From NCBI GenBank assembly GCA_951406725.2, contig OX597814.1, forward strand, positions 78,678,001 through 78,742,000: a stretch of DNA of 64,000 bases. The letters are read 5' to 3'. Below are positions 13,322-27,084 of this stretch, piece by piece (position 1 is the first letter of the stretch; each line of letters opens with the position of its first letter). This DNA is from Octopus vulgaris. Lineage: Eukaryota. Both the position numbers and the translations under genes were made by a program. The notes below the pieces were generated by a model. The model was not told the origin of the DNA, searched no databases, and saw only the letters and a program-made list of their open reading frames with translations.

Positions 13322-13532
13322 GTTTCAAATTTTTGCACAAGGCCAGCAGTTTTGGGGAAGCATAAGTCTATTAAATTGACCCCAGTGCTCAACTGGTACT
13401 TATATTATTGACCCTAAAAGGATGAAAGGCAAAGCCAACCTTGGTGGAATTTGAACTCAGAATCTAAAGATAGATGAAATACCACTAAGCATTTTGCCTA
13501 GTGTGCTAATGATTCTACTAGCTTGCTGCCTT
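13322..13532 (-). mobile_element. Family B SINE
   Basis: Whole-length match to 331-560 with CpG decay. Confidence 0.85.
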
Positions 13533-14336
13533 ACATGTTTACACTATTTGCTATGTGACCCCACACCCCTTTTTTTTGTTTCTTGATTGTAGCTATGCTC
13601 TTAAGAACCCACGCAAATTTTGTAACAGCTCCTACCCTATTCACTTGAAGTCAACAAGTTTTATCTGTTGATTGATATCATTGATATAGAGTAGTCAAGT
13701 CATTGATTTAACTACATCAGTTGAACATGTGCATTGGATAACACATTTAACTATTAAACAAACAAATCTATTTGACTTGACCTAGCAGTGAAAAGCAGAT
13801 GAAAGAAATTACAGAAGCTGCACATATGATATGACTGAAGATCAAGATAAAGGGAGATAAATCTGTTGTACTATTGATTTTCACAACCCAAGAGCACAAA
13901 GTCTAATGGTTAGGGAGATATACTAATGATCACAAGATCATGGTTTCAATTTCCAGACTGGGTAATGCATTGTGTTCCTGAGCAAAATACCTCATTTCAC
14001 AATTTTCTGCGATCACTTTGACTTCTGAAGTGTGGCATATCATACACCTGTACAACACACACAAAATATTTGATTGCTATAAATATATCATCTGGTTGTT
14101 TAGCAAAGAAACTGTGGAACATTTATCTGTCAATTATGACAGGTAAGTTAATTAAAAGAAAAAAGAAAAGAACAAAGCAGATTATTTTTTTCTTTTTTCT
14201 TACTTGCTGGATCTGGCATAAGGAGCAGTGCCCATGATCTTTGTAGGGCCTCCAAGAGTGGTGTGATTGATACTGCTAATGTTCCAGTTGCAGGTTGACA
14301 CCTGCAGGAAGGCATGTGCAGGTGGAGATTCTCCAG

Positions 14337-14405
14337 CAGTGGTTCTCAACCAGGGTCTATATAAAACTTTGGGGGTCCACACAACAAGATAATAAACTAG
14401 GGATC
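14337..14405. mobile_element. hAT-like MITE terminus fragment
   Basis: CAGTGGTTCTCAACC is a typical hAT/Charlie-type TIR; reverse-oriented homolog GGACCCTAGTTGAGAACTACTG at ~29776-29797. Confidence 0.5.
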
Positions 14406-14850
14406 CTCAGGCCGATCAAAGCCTTGTCAGTGGATTTGGTCGAGAGAAACTGAAAGAAACCCATTGTATGTACACACACACACATATATATATCAGGTCA
14501 TTAAGAAGGCATGTATAAAATTTGAATGAAATCCGTTGCGTAAGTTCTTGAGTTTTAGTGACGCACATACACAGACATTCTCAGTTTTGTATATATGTAT
14601 ATATATATATGTGTGCCTGTGTGTATCTTTGTGTCTGTGTTTGTCCCCCACCACCACTCAACAACCAGCATTGGTGTGTTTATGTCCTTGTAACTTAGTG
14701 GTTCAGCAAAAGAGACTGATAGAATAAGTATAGTCTTTTAAAAAAATAAGTCCTGGGGTTGATTTGCTCAACTAAAACTCTTTAAGGTGGTGCCCCAAAA
14801 TGGCCACAGTAAAAAACAAATCACTCAACCAAGTAAAAGATAAAAGATAA
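14405..14850 (+). mobile_element. Family A SINE, 5'-truncated
   Basis: CAAAGCCTTGTCAGTGGATTTGG...GTAACTTAGTGGTTCAGCAAAAGAGACTGATAGAATAAGT. Confidence 0.8.
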
Positions 14851-15091
14851 AGAAAATAATGTTTTCTCTCACTGTCATCATGAATAAAGAGAAACTCTAC
14901 CTCAATCAAGGGCAACTTGTGGCCCACAAGATTTTCTGAATGGCATATCTAATAAAAAAAAAATAACCTTGAATTATTTTGATAGTGTGAACCCCCATGC
15001 CCCACCAATGATGAGCGATGTCTCATGTGGCTCATTTTTTGAAAAAGATTGACCATTCCTACTCTATGTGGTGTCTTCTTTTATCCTCTGT

Positions 15092-15570
15092 CTTTTACTG
15101 GTTTCAGTCATGCTGGAGCACCACCTTGAAGGGTTTTAGTCGAATGAAGCGATTTTATGAATTACTTTTTTTTAAAGCCTAGTACATATTCTATTGGTCA
15201 CTTTTGCAAAACTGCTAAGTTATGGGAATGTAAGCACACTAACACCTGTGGGGACAAACACAGACACAAAGACACGCACACATAAATACACACACAGACA
15301 GGCTTCTTTCAGTTTTCGTCTACCAAATCCACTCATAAGGCTTTGTTTGGCCCAATGCCATCTATACTAGAGGACACTTTCCCAAGCTGCCATACACACA
15401 CATATGGCAGGCTTCTCTCAGTTTCCATCTATCAAATCCACTCACAAGGCTTTGGTCAGCCCAACACTATAGTAGAAGACATTTGTCCAAAGTGCCACAT
15501 AATATGACTGAATCTGGAACCATCTGGTTGGAAGCAAGCTTCTTACTACACAGCCATGCATGTGCCTATA
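15092..15570 (-). mobile_element. Family A SINE with duplicated core
   Basis: CAAATCCACTCA(C/T)AAGGCTTTG occurs twice (~15323 and ~15433). Confidence 0.8.
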
Positions 15571-15817
15571 TACTTGATTTTCAAGAAATAGTAGCAAAAC
15601 CCTTATCAATTAAATCACAACCTACTGTCTTAAAAATAGGAAACATTGGACAATGTAGTTTTGGGTTCTCAAAGCCTAAAAGAAATAGAAATAAAAAGAT
15701 AGGATAGTCATGGCAGGAAAGCCTTTGCTCATTGTAGGTTTGTTTGAACACAGATGACAAGGGTCTAAGCAATAACTAATACTACAAGGTAGTATCATGT
15801 TTATTGGAATTTTAAAG

Positions 15818-16143
15818 AGAGGAGCACTCCGTCGGTTATGATGATGAGGGTCCCAGCTGATACGATCAGCGGAACAGCTTGCTTGTGAAATTAACATGCA
15901 AGTGGCTGAGCATCCCACAGACATGTGTATCCTTAACGTAGTTCGCAAGGAGATTCAGTGTGACAGAGAATGCGACAAGGCTGGCCCTTTGAAATACAGG
16001 TGCTACTCAATTTTGCCAGCTGAGTGGACTGGAGCAACGTGAAATAAAGTGTCTTGCTCAAGGACACAATGTGTTGCTGGGAATTGAACTCACGATCATG
16101 AGCATGAGCCAAATGCCATAACCACTAAGCCACGTGCCCTCAC
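15818..16143 (-). mobile_element. tRNA-derived SINE, family D
   Basis: Minus strand GGCACGTGGCTTAGTGGTT (A box), GAGTTCAATTCCC (B box), TGTGTCCTTGAGCAAGACACTTTATTTCACGTTGCTCCAGTCCACTCAGCTG; relatives at ~13905-14150, 28560-28898, 32245-32465, 56818-57050. Confidence 0.8.
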
Positions 16144-16419
16144 TATTATTAGAGTAAATAACAAGGGAAACAAGATTAGTAAGCAACAAAGAATGCATCA
16201 GTTACACATTTCAAATGGCAGAACTATGACCATTACTGTTGAGCCAACAAAGAATCTACAATGTGGTGTCTTAACCAGCTAGAAATAGTAAGTCAAATTT
16301 CCTCAAAACACACCCTAGTCTTAAGACAAAAAACTAAAACAAGACAAAGCAAGTGTTGTGTTAGATATATAAAAACACAGTCTGAAATGCATTTGACCTG
16401 GGGCTAAACAGCAACAGTG

Positions 16420-18167
16420 AGGATTATGACGACGATCATGATGATGACAATGATGATGACGTCGATGAGGACGATGATGAGGGTGATAATCATGATGATG
16501 ATGAGGAGGAACTGGAGAAGCAGGGTGGAGAGTAGGAAGAAGAGGAGCAGGGGATGATGATAAGGAGGAAGAGGAGAAAGATGAGGATGATGACAATGAT
16601 GACGATGACAATCATTATGACAACAATGTAGATGACGATGACGACGACAACAACGATGATGGTGATGATGACAATGGTGGTAACTTTACCAGCCCCCACA
16701 ACAGTCAGCAATAACAACAACAGTAGCAACAAAACAAAACATCAGTAACAGTGGTATACAGTAGTATCAATAACAACACAACGGCTACAAGAACTGCAAC
16801 AATAAAAAACAACAACAACAATAGCATTAGCAACACCACCAATAGCAACATAAAAAAATAGCAACACAACCACCACCACTGCCACCAACAACAACAACAT
16901 GAAAAGCAAAAACTGTAGCAGTAACAAGAAGAACATTAAAAACAAGAACCCTACCCTCTACAAACACACAAGAAATAAAAAGCAGAAATCAACAGCAGCA
17001 GTAGCGGCCTCAGCAGCATCAACATTAAACAGCAAAGCACACAACCCGACCAATAAACAGGCAAATCCAAAGATTTTTATTTTTGTCCCTGCCAGCCTTC
17101 CATAGCAAGCCCATGACACATGCCAGTAATGATGGATGGCTTGCTAAAGGCTTCTCCAGCATAAATGGCACTTTATATATTTCAGAGACTGCTGAAAACC
17201 AGTAAACCCATACCTCTACCCACCAACAAACACACCACCATCACTACCTGCCAGCCAGCCAACCGGCCAACCAACCCACCCAAACACATCTCAACCACTT
17301 CCACTTCCTCTACCATAGCCTTTCCTCCTTTCTTCTCTAAGTCTCCTCTCTCTGTTTCTGTCTGTCTCTCTCTCTCTCCTCTGCCTCTCCATCTAGGAGC
17401 ACCAAGAAATTTTATTCTAATTTATTAGTTTATTTATTAGTTTATTTTTATTTCTATTTCAGAAAATACTGTTAGTGTCACTGGCCAGATTACTACTTAC
17501 TGTTTGTTCATGGGTGGACAGGCGACTGGGTGACAAGTGGAGGAGGATGGTGGTGGGGAGTAAGACAGAAAGGAAGGTGTGTGTGTGTGTGTGTGTGAAC
17601 TCCAGACACATCCACCCCTTCCCTTTCTCTCTTTCTCTCTCCCTTGTACTCCTCCTCCTCTTCCAGGCTCCATTTCCAAACATTACTATATGTCCACCCA
17701 CTCCTGATCCATTGCCATTCTTGCACACCCAACAATCCACAAACAGTGACCACCACCTCCAAACAACTGTAACAACCATCATCTTCATCATCATCACCAC
17801 TATGATATACCACTACCATCATCACTCCCACCACTGCCACCACCAAAGCCAGTAGCATCAGCACTTCCACCAACACCATATTGACTACTACTACTATAGC
17901 CACTACCACCACAGTCACCCTCACATAATCCAACCCAGAGCAAACCATCAAACCCAGAACAACCATTACCAACTTCACCACCATCACATTCATCATATCT
18001 ACCACCACTACCACCACCAGCATGTATCCTACATTGCATGCACTTCTACAACCCCACTCCATCCATCCATCCATTCATGCACCCATCCATCCATGCTTCC
18101 ATCTATCCACAAAGATCCTCTTACCACTACCACCATACCATTTGCACTATCTCACACACACACACAT

Positions 18168-18215
<48 letters not shown>
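16420..18215. repeat. Low-complexity block of degenerate (GAT)n, (CAA)n, (CAC)n, (CCAT)n, (CA)n and (TA)n
   Basis: Directly visible; explains the poly-V/S/H/L ORFs. Confidence 0.9.
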
Positions 18216-18216
<1 letters not shown>

Positions 18217-18606
18217 TAAACAGTAAAAATAATTACAGACATGGACAAGAACATGAAACGCCACAGAGACGACACAAGAACCACAGGACGGGACATTCGA
18301 AGCCCTCAGTCATCAGTCAAGAACCAGATCATCTTAGCAATTTCGGCTGATTAATCTTGAGATTGCTCCGATATGGGCAGCCCGCCAAGGGAATTCTAAG
18401 CCAAGTGCATTAGATCCCCTGGAAGAAAGCTTCGAATGTATACAACACGAGGACGGAAAACGAACGAAGTACACGAACAAAAATACAGAATACGTGACAA
18501 CAATAAGAATACAAAAACGTAAAAACAATAACGGTAAAATAAAGTATAAAAAATAAACAACAAAACAAAACCAGGACGTAGGACAAGGGTCTTTCGACAG
18601 GACGAA
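18214..18606. mobile_element. Unclassified CpG-rich insert within (TA)n, possibly a Penelope-like terminal fragment
   Basis: More than 20 CpGs in ~390 bp, TA runs on both sides, internal inverted repeat ACATTCGAAGC / GCTTCGAATGT. Confidence 0.5.
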
Positions 18607-18929
18607 TATATATATATATACATACAAACATATATATGCATACACACACACACACACATGCAGGCATATACTTTTATATCAATACACATATATACAAACG
18701 TAAATACAGATAAACATTAACATTCACACACATACACACGAACATACATAATTTTAGTTCCCACCAATAACTTAGCTGGGAAGGAGTAAAATTGAAAACA
18801 AAAAAGAGAAAACAAGCGATGGTGATGAAGGGGAAGTGGTAAAAGTAACAGAAGTGGTGGTGGGAATGCAGGTGGTGGTGGTGATGTAGGTGATGTCAAA
18901 AAGTTTTAGGAGGTGGACCAAAGATAAAT

Positions 18930-18930
18930 G

Positions 18931-18990
<60 letters not shown>
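18930..18990. repeat. (GATA)n microsatellite
   Basis: About 15 uninterrupted GATA units. Confidence 0.95.
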
Positions 18991-18991
<1 letters not shown>

Positions 18992-21170
18992 GTGGGGGCT
19001 AGGGTAAGAGAGACAGAAGGTGAGAAGGGAGCAGAAGGAAAGTAGAAAGAAAAGACAAAAGAAAGAAAAATGAAGAAGCAGGAAAGACTAGGAGAGAGAG
19101 AAAGGGAGAGAAAGAGAGATGGTGGCATAATGTGATGAAAACAATGAAATTGATAGAGTAGAATAAATTGGAGAGGAGAGAGAGAGATAGGGAGACAGAC
19201 AAGACATAATGTACTTAGTTATCTCACACTATAAACTAAGGTAATGGTGAGCCTGTCTTCAGATACTGTTTCTCAAGCCAAGACATCTTGGCAAAACTGT
19301 AGGTCCTTTTCCAGGCTGTGGATGGACTGTAGGAGCTGAATAGTAGCACAACAAGGCAATGGCAGGAAATCAACAATTTTACAGTGCTGCTGTTACTGCT
19401 CTGCTGTAAGTTTCTTAGAGCAGTTACAGATTAGTTCCTCATCTTGCAGTAACTACATAAGGCTAAGCAAACTGGGCTGTTGTGAATTAAACGCTTTGAT
19501 CATAGACAGACACTACAGCAGAAGTCATCAACTTTTGTCTTTCCATTCCCTACTTTTACTTGTATCAGCCATTTGACTGTGGCCATGCTGGAGCACTGTC
19601 TGGAATGGTTCAGCTGAACAAACCAACTCCAGTACTTAGTTTTTAAGCCTGCTACTTATTCTATCAGTCTCTTTTATTGAACAGCAAAATTACAGGGATA
19701 TAAACAAATCAACACTGGTTGTACACACACAAACAAACACACACACACACACAGTGAGGGATTATCAATCTGGGCAAAATACTTCATAAGCTCTCTGTTG
19801 GCACACCAAGCTTACAATATTACTCATATTAGTGAAGAACTCCAGGTAATCTTGTGGTAGGGTCCAAAGTTAAGGTTCATCACAATTCTATATTAGTAAA
19901 TCTGTGGATGGGTTCCAGACAAACTGGTTTTTACACAGAGGGATATATAAGAAACAAGTTAAAAATAATGGTCATTACATATTTTTAACTTGTTTCTTAT
20001 ACATATATACTAGCAATGTACTCTGGTGTTACCCAGGTGTTATGACCTACAGTTACATTGTATTATTTGTTTCTTTCTTATGGGCAGAATCGGCACATGA
20101 GGAATATGAAGCAAGCAACTCCTCTTTATAAACATGCTTTCTGTCATTTTCTGATGAACAACGCTGCAGTTTCTGTCTACCAAATTCAGTGACAAGTCTG
20201 TGGTTGGCCAAGGGCTATAGTAGAAAACATGGAACATGGAACCACGTGGTTGGGAAGCAAACTTCTCAACCACACAGTCATTCTTGCACCTAATATGTGT
20301 ATGTTTACAATTTTTGTTAAATTGCATATTGTGTCCCACTCTGTCTCAAAGTTAGCAGTTCTTCAAGCAGAGATCTATAAAATAAATGTCAGATTGAAAT
20401 ATGATCAATTAAATTTTTGAAGGTGATACCTGTCATGTAGACAGTCAAAAGACTAAACCCAATAAAATGATGTCTAAAGACTTAATGGCTTCAAATTTAA
20501 GGTAATGGATTACTAACCACAAGATAATGAGTTCAAAACTTTGTATTGAATTTCCACTGTATATGATAATACTATATGTACATCTCAGTTTCATTCCCTG
20601 GTTAAACTCCATGTATTTTAAGCATTTTCTCATTATGCTCTATTTAAGACATTGTTTAGGCAGAGTTGCCTCCCTTAGCTAAAAAAACCTCAAAATTGTG
20701 TGACCCGACCTTGCTTTCGAGGTTATTTTTATTGTAAAAAAGAATTGTTGTGCAAAAAGTATACTTCATTTGATAGCTGAAAGATTACCGAATCTTTTGA
20801 TATCTCATATGTCAAAATTAGCAACTCAGTTTTCAAATCCATAAGGAACATGTGCAGGCATGCACACACAAACTGTTTATATATATATGTATATTGTTAT
20901 ATTTGGGGATGGTCATTTTCTCTTGCCCCCCCCCCCCAATAAACATGCACTATCTATTTGATCTTCACTTTAGCTTTATTATCAGTTCTTTTGTCATTCT
21001 GTAATCTCATCAATCACTTCCTGTTCCTTGTGTCTCTACACTTCTCCTACATACATACATACATATATATATATATATACCACACACACACAAATGAATA
21101 TATATATGCATACACAGGCCAGTTCCTATCAAACTGTCCAACCCATGCTAGCATGAAAAATGAATGTTAA

Positions 21171-21202
<32 letters not shown>

Positions 21203-21325
21203 GGAACTGACCAACCTAAGACATTTGTAGAAGACCTTATCTCAAGGTAACATACAGTAAAAATCAGTCCCTAAAGAATGTTGAGATCCACATTCCTGAA
21301 CCATATGATGATAATGATGATGGTG

Positions 21326-21368
<43 letters not shown>

Positions 21369-21996
21369 TGTATATGTGTCTATAAAATATTGATATAGAT
21401 ATGTGTTTGTGTATTGTATATCGTTACCATATTGATAATGTTTAAATGCTTCAAAAAGTGATTGAAGCTATTGTTTTAAGTTGTGACACAATGTTTATCT
21501 TTCCCTAGGATCGAACACTTTTTCATTTTATAATTGTATTGGTTTGGAGGAAAGAGGTTGTCTTCATGTTCATCTCAGGTTTGCAGGTTTTCTGAAACTA
21601 ATGAGATCAACATGCTTAGTTGGTATTTTCATTACTGAAAAGACATCACTTTGTTCTCAACTGTATCAAAGGGAAGAGAGGCATGTACAATTAAGTGTCC
21701 TGCATCAGAAATTTGAAAACTTTGTATTGAATTTGAAATTTATGGGGAGGTCAGCTGCTGGTCATATGTTGTATTTAATTAATGAGCTTTTCTCTTGAAA
21801 TGTCATAGAAATTTTGTTAAAATCACAGTTTCAGGGCCAGGTTTTTATAACACTACAAAATAATTGATTAAATTCATAAAATCTGGACAATGTAAGTAAT
21901 AACAGATTACATAGCTAAAATCTATAAAGAATATTAAAAAAATATAATCAGAAAATACATCTTATGATTTCTGAACATAAATACAAAGATGCTCTC

Positions 21997-22074
<78 letters not shown>

Positions 22075-22080
22075 CACACA

Positions 22081-22915
22081 CAGGGTGTGATGGATAAATT
22101 GTCACCATTTTATATATTTAATTTCATGCATTGTTTGCTTTTGATTTTGTCGATTACACAGAATACTAGGGTCAGTTGGACACCACCTGTGAGAAAAACA
22201 GCACCAAGTCACAATTCACTCTGCCAGAAATTTGAAAATGACATGCTGTATTGCTTGGTGTTCATGCCGGAAGCTCCAATATGAACATTTCAGAGTGTTT
22301 GGGTGTCAATCTGAGGACAGTACAGAGGATTCAGAAAGAGCTGGATGACTCTAATGGTGATTACGAAGGTACAGCAGCTCAGAAAACTCATTCTGATCGT
22401 CCTGATAAGAAAAGAACTGAATTTGGTGGTGAGATCCAGACCATGATTGACAATGATCCCTCCAAGTTAATCAGGTCCATAGTCAGGGACATGGGAATGT
22501 CTGAGTTTCTTATTAGGCAAGTAGTGCATGAAGACATTTGGTACCCACTTCATACAAGATGTGAAAGGGTCAATTTTTATCCCAAGCCATCAAGGACAAG
22601 AGGAAAGACAATGCTACAAAGCTTCTGAACAAACTCAAACATCCCCTCCAACTGAACAGGTTTTGGTTTTTCTCAGATGAGAAAACTTTCTGCCAGGATC
22701 AGATGGTGAACACACAGAACAACTGTTGGCTCGCCATGTCCCCAAAATATGTACCAAGGATGATAAAAATCAAACATCCAGTCAATATCATGGTGTTTGG
22801 AGTCACCACTAGTGATGGTGATGTTATGCCTCCATTCATCTTCCACATGGCCTCATACTCAACAAGGAAGCTTACATTAAGTGCCTGGAAGTGGCTGTGC
22901 TGCCCTGGGTCAAGA
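22081..22915 (+). mobile_element. Tc1/mariner DD37D (maT) element, 5' part, pseudogenised
   Basis: TIR CAGGGTGTGATGGATAAATTG; HTH-like ISECLGVNLRTVQRI; FWFFSDEK (first Asp); HPVNIMVFGVTTSDGDVMPPFIF; homologous to 59117-59989. Confidence 0.85.
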
Positions 22916-23896
22916 GTAGAAGGTCATAAAATTTTCCCATATTGAAAAAAGTTATTTTATAGTTCATGGTTAGCAACTAGTGTTACTATGTATATGAATA
23001 AAACTCCAAATTGAGGGAATGGAGCAGGTAAAATCCAGGCTACATATGTTTCCTAGCTAGCAGAACCTTGAAAGTAATAATTACTCAATGAAAGGTACTC
23101 CACTAGCTACTCATCAGGTTGAAGATATCTTAGTTAAATGAAGGTTACATTATTGTTAAGGAATCCCAAGTTAATTCGCAGGAGATTTGATCAAAAATAT
23201 ATATATATATATAGCATGGGGAACGGACGCTAAATGATGATGATGATGATGATGATAGTCAACACTGTCATCATTCAATGTACGCACTTTTTCATGCTTG
23301 CATGAGTCAGATAGAATTTGTTGAAGCAAGTTTTTCTACAGCCAAATGCCCTTCCTATGGCCAACCCTCACTCATTTCTTAGCAAAGTAATATTTACTCA
23401 TGACCAGACTTACTTTCATAAAAGTAATGGAAATGAAAATCGTATGGATGATGGTGATGCTTATTTACAATCATCATAGTATGTAAAAACAAGGGTATGC
23501 ACAAACACACACACACACTGACAGGCTTCTTTCAGATACCATCTACCAAATCCACTCATAAGGCTTTTGGTTGGCCCAGGGCTATAGTAGAAGACACTTG
23601 CCCAAGAGTACAGTGCTGATTGGTAGTGAGTGCTTGGCACTGAATGCTGAAAATCCCTGAAAGATGAATAAACATAAATGTGCATCATCAACTTGCATGA
23701 AAAGCAGACCAAATGTAAATTGAGTTTCCAAGGTACCCACTGACAAATGGAACATACAGAACAGATAAGATAGATCCAGGAAGATATAAGAATATATGTT
23801 GAAGTCAGATCTCAGGATGTGCAGCCTCTTAGATAACAGGGTCTAGGGCAGAGTGAAATAGCTATGTGTCATTCAGCAGACCTTTCCAACTCATGT

Positions 23897-24296
23897 TTAC
23901 TCTTTTACTTGTTTCAGTCATTTGATTGTAGCCATGCTAGAGCACTGCCTTTAGTTGAGCAAATTGACCCCAGAACTTATTCTTAGGAAGCCTAGTACTT
24001 ATTCTATCAGTCTCTTTTGCCGAACTGCAAAGTTACGGGGGACATGAACACACCATCATTGATTGTCAAGTGATGGGGGGAAAAACACAGACACACAAAC
24101 ATATACACACTCATACATATATACATACATACGACGGGCTTCTTTCAGTTTCCATCTACCAAATCCACTCACAAGGCTTTGGTTGGCCCGAGACTATAGT
24201 AGAAGACACTTGCCCAAGGTGCCACGCAGTGGGAATGAACCCGGAACCATGTGGTTGGTAGGCAAGCTACTTACCACACAACCCCTCCTGTGCCTA
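23897..24296 (-). mobile_element. Family A SINE, full length, relatively young
   Basis: Complete head-to-tail match with several CpGs retained. Confidence 0.9.
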
Positions 24297-24779
24297 TAAA
24301 AAGGTTTGAAAACACCTGGTTCCTTCAGTGTGGCCATCTACCAGGAATCCCAGACATCGATGTTTTAAGTTTCTTGGTGCTTGTCAATGAGATGTGCATG
24401 AAAACTTTAGTTAAATAATTGATGATGATAAAGAGGAAGCCCATTCAATGGCTATGCACCTCTCCTATAAAAACAAAGTTGTTTCAAGATAAATTTAATT
24501 TTCTAGCTGGCAAACAACAGAGTATATAAGTGCGTCTAATTGGAAGGGGAATACATGTCAAGATCTAAAAAACATGACAAAAGATCAGATCTCTCCTCAC
24601 CACCACCACACACACACATACAACATACTTATTGCACCTTTATAGCTCTTGCTGTAAAGAACTTGCAAGAACTGAGTTACAGTAGCAGCCTTTGCATTAC
24701 TGCATAACTTAAGCTGAAATCTTTTTTGCTAACTTTCATTTATAATATTTGTCAATTTAAACAGAACTTAGTTTTTAAA

Positions 24780-24996
24780 CCCTTTAATATTCAGATTCTT
24801 TGTCAAATGTATTGCTTATTTTATTTACATTGTCTTGAATTAATCATGCATTATCTTATAGCTTTGAGATTTTGATGATGTATTGCTTATTTTTAGAATG
24901 ACATTGTAGGGTAGGTGTGAGAGGTTGGAGCCAGTTAGTTTTAGCATAAAACATAGAATATTTATGCCAGATATGGCTGGTTTAAATGCTAAAGGA
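24780..24996. mobile_element. piggyBac-like MITE family 1
   Basis: CCCTTTAATATT...AATGCTAAAGGA; internal homology to 10921-11140. Confidence 0.7.
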
Positions 24997-25547
24997 CTAA
25001 AACTTGTTTGTTCTTGACTGAATGGTTTGCTTCAGAAATATAGGTCCCTGAGTTTGACAACCCACCCCATTTGTAGCATTTTGGGCAAGTGCCTCCAATT
25101 TTAATCTAGGGTCTACCTAAAAACTAATGAGTAAAACAGGGTAGATGGAAACTGAGTAGAAGCTTGTGAGCTGGACAAGACCAGTAAAAAGGCCTTGTCA
25201 AATAGTGATTTGTGGTAAGTCTATCTGAGAATTTCTTTTAGTGCATAGCTTGATGATTTGGTAAGATCCATTGATCAACTAACTGGAATACATGTCATCA
25301 AAACTAACAAATGGGATATCCACCTTTCTCTTTACATTGAGAGAAATTTCTGTTTTTATTAAATTACTCAAACTCACATATGATACTCTCTATCCACCAC
25401 CGAATCATGCTTCAACTATTCTCACTTTCTTCCTCTCTCCCCTTCTCTCTCTCTCTCTCTTACATTTTGATGTTTATGATCTAGTAGACTGCTCTAGTTT
25501 TTCTAAGACTATTACAATCACCACTACTACTACTGCTGCTGCTGCTG

Positions 25548-25580
<33 letters not shown>

Positions 25581-26334
25581 ACCACCACCATCACCACTAC
25601 TACCAACACAAAGTGTGAATCTCTGTAGGGCCAAATTCTCTCAAATTGCACACAACAAACTGGGAAAAGAATACACTGAAAAACCTTTGATTAAAAGTTG
25701 TTTGCTCAATATGGAGCCTAGGGCTAAACAACAACAGCCACTGCTGATGCTGATGCCTCCATTACATGATAAAGAGCCTCAAACTCCTGACAGTCTAAAG
25801 GACTAACTAAGACATGTCCATGGTTGTCTCTTGCCTGCAAGCAAAAATCAGATTTTCCTTCCTCTAAGCTTGTAATTTTACATGGAGGGATTAACTCTTT
25901 AATTTCTTGAAATTATCTCCCCACCTTTGAGTGTTACTAACAATAGCAATTAGGTTTATTAGATTCTTAATTAATTGAAATCCCCCCTCTTATTTGAAAC
26001 TAAGAGGGAAATTGCAATTGAAGTAATCCCTCAGCATATCACGGTTCACCTATCCTGGTTTATTATTTAAGCTTATGTTGATTCCTCTGTGGTGTTGTTT
26101 TATATTTAAATACAATAAATACATACAAACTATATAAATAATAAAAAAAAAAATACAGTACAGTAATGTTTCTACTTTGCAGATTTTCAGCTATGGGGAG
26201 GGATATAACAGTCGAGGGATTACTGTAATTAACAAATTTATTTTGGTGGTGGTGGTGGGGAGGGAGTTACATGGCTGTCAGTATATAGTCCTTTGAGTTA
26301 ATTATTAAAATTCATGCCACTGATCTGTACCATA

Positions 26335-26745
26335 AATTAGAAGTTTGCTTCCTCATCACGTGTTTGGGTTCAGTCTCACAACATGGCACCTTGGGTATGT
26401 AAGTGTCTTTCACTATAACCCTGGGCCAACCAAAACTTTGAGAGTGAAATTGGTAGACAAACTGAAAGCCCACTATACACGCATATATGTGTATGTATAC
26501 AGACAGACACATATGTATATACACATATATGCTTTTATTCTTTTAATTGTTTCAGTCATTTGACTGTGACTATACTGGAGCACCACCTTAAAGGGTTATA
26601 GTTGAAGAAATCGCCCCCAGGAATTATTCTTTGTAAGCCTAGTACTCATTTTATCGGTTTCTTTTGCCAAACTGCTAAGTTATGGGGGTGTAAATACACC
26701 AACATCGGCTGTCAAGTGATGGTGGGGGGATAAACACAGACACAC
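26335..26745. mobile_element. Family A SINE pieces: 5' half on + (26335-26475), 3' half on - (26540-26745)
   Basis: Direct comparison with the complete copy at 23897-24296. Confidence 0.75.
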
Positions 26746-26836
26746 AAAACACATACATAAATGTATATATATACACACACATACATACATACATACACAC
26801 ATACACACGCATATATATATATATATATATATATAC

Positions 26837-26869
<33 letters not shown>

Positions 26870-27084
26870 TGCATGTATGGGTGTGTCTTCTTTCGTGCCT
26901 TGTCATGGCATGATAGTTATCTATGAATGTCACCATCATGGAAAAGTGGACATTAAAATGATGATGATGATTGATCCATTTGCATCATTTTCCCATATGG
27001 ATGAAGAAAAAAAAATTCCACCATGGTCAACATTGCCTTTCATCCTTTTGATATGTGTGTGTGGGTCAGTGTGTGTGTGGTAGG

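Noticed and set aside
16321-19202. Poly-S/H/V/L ORFs resembling membrane or His-rich proteins
   Set aside because: Trinucleotide low-complexity DNA open on both strands, with no domain.
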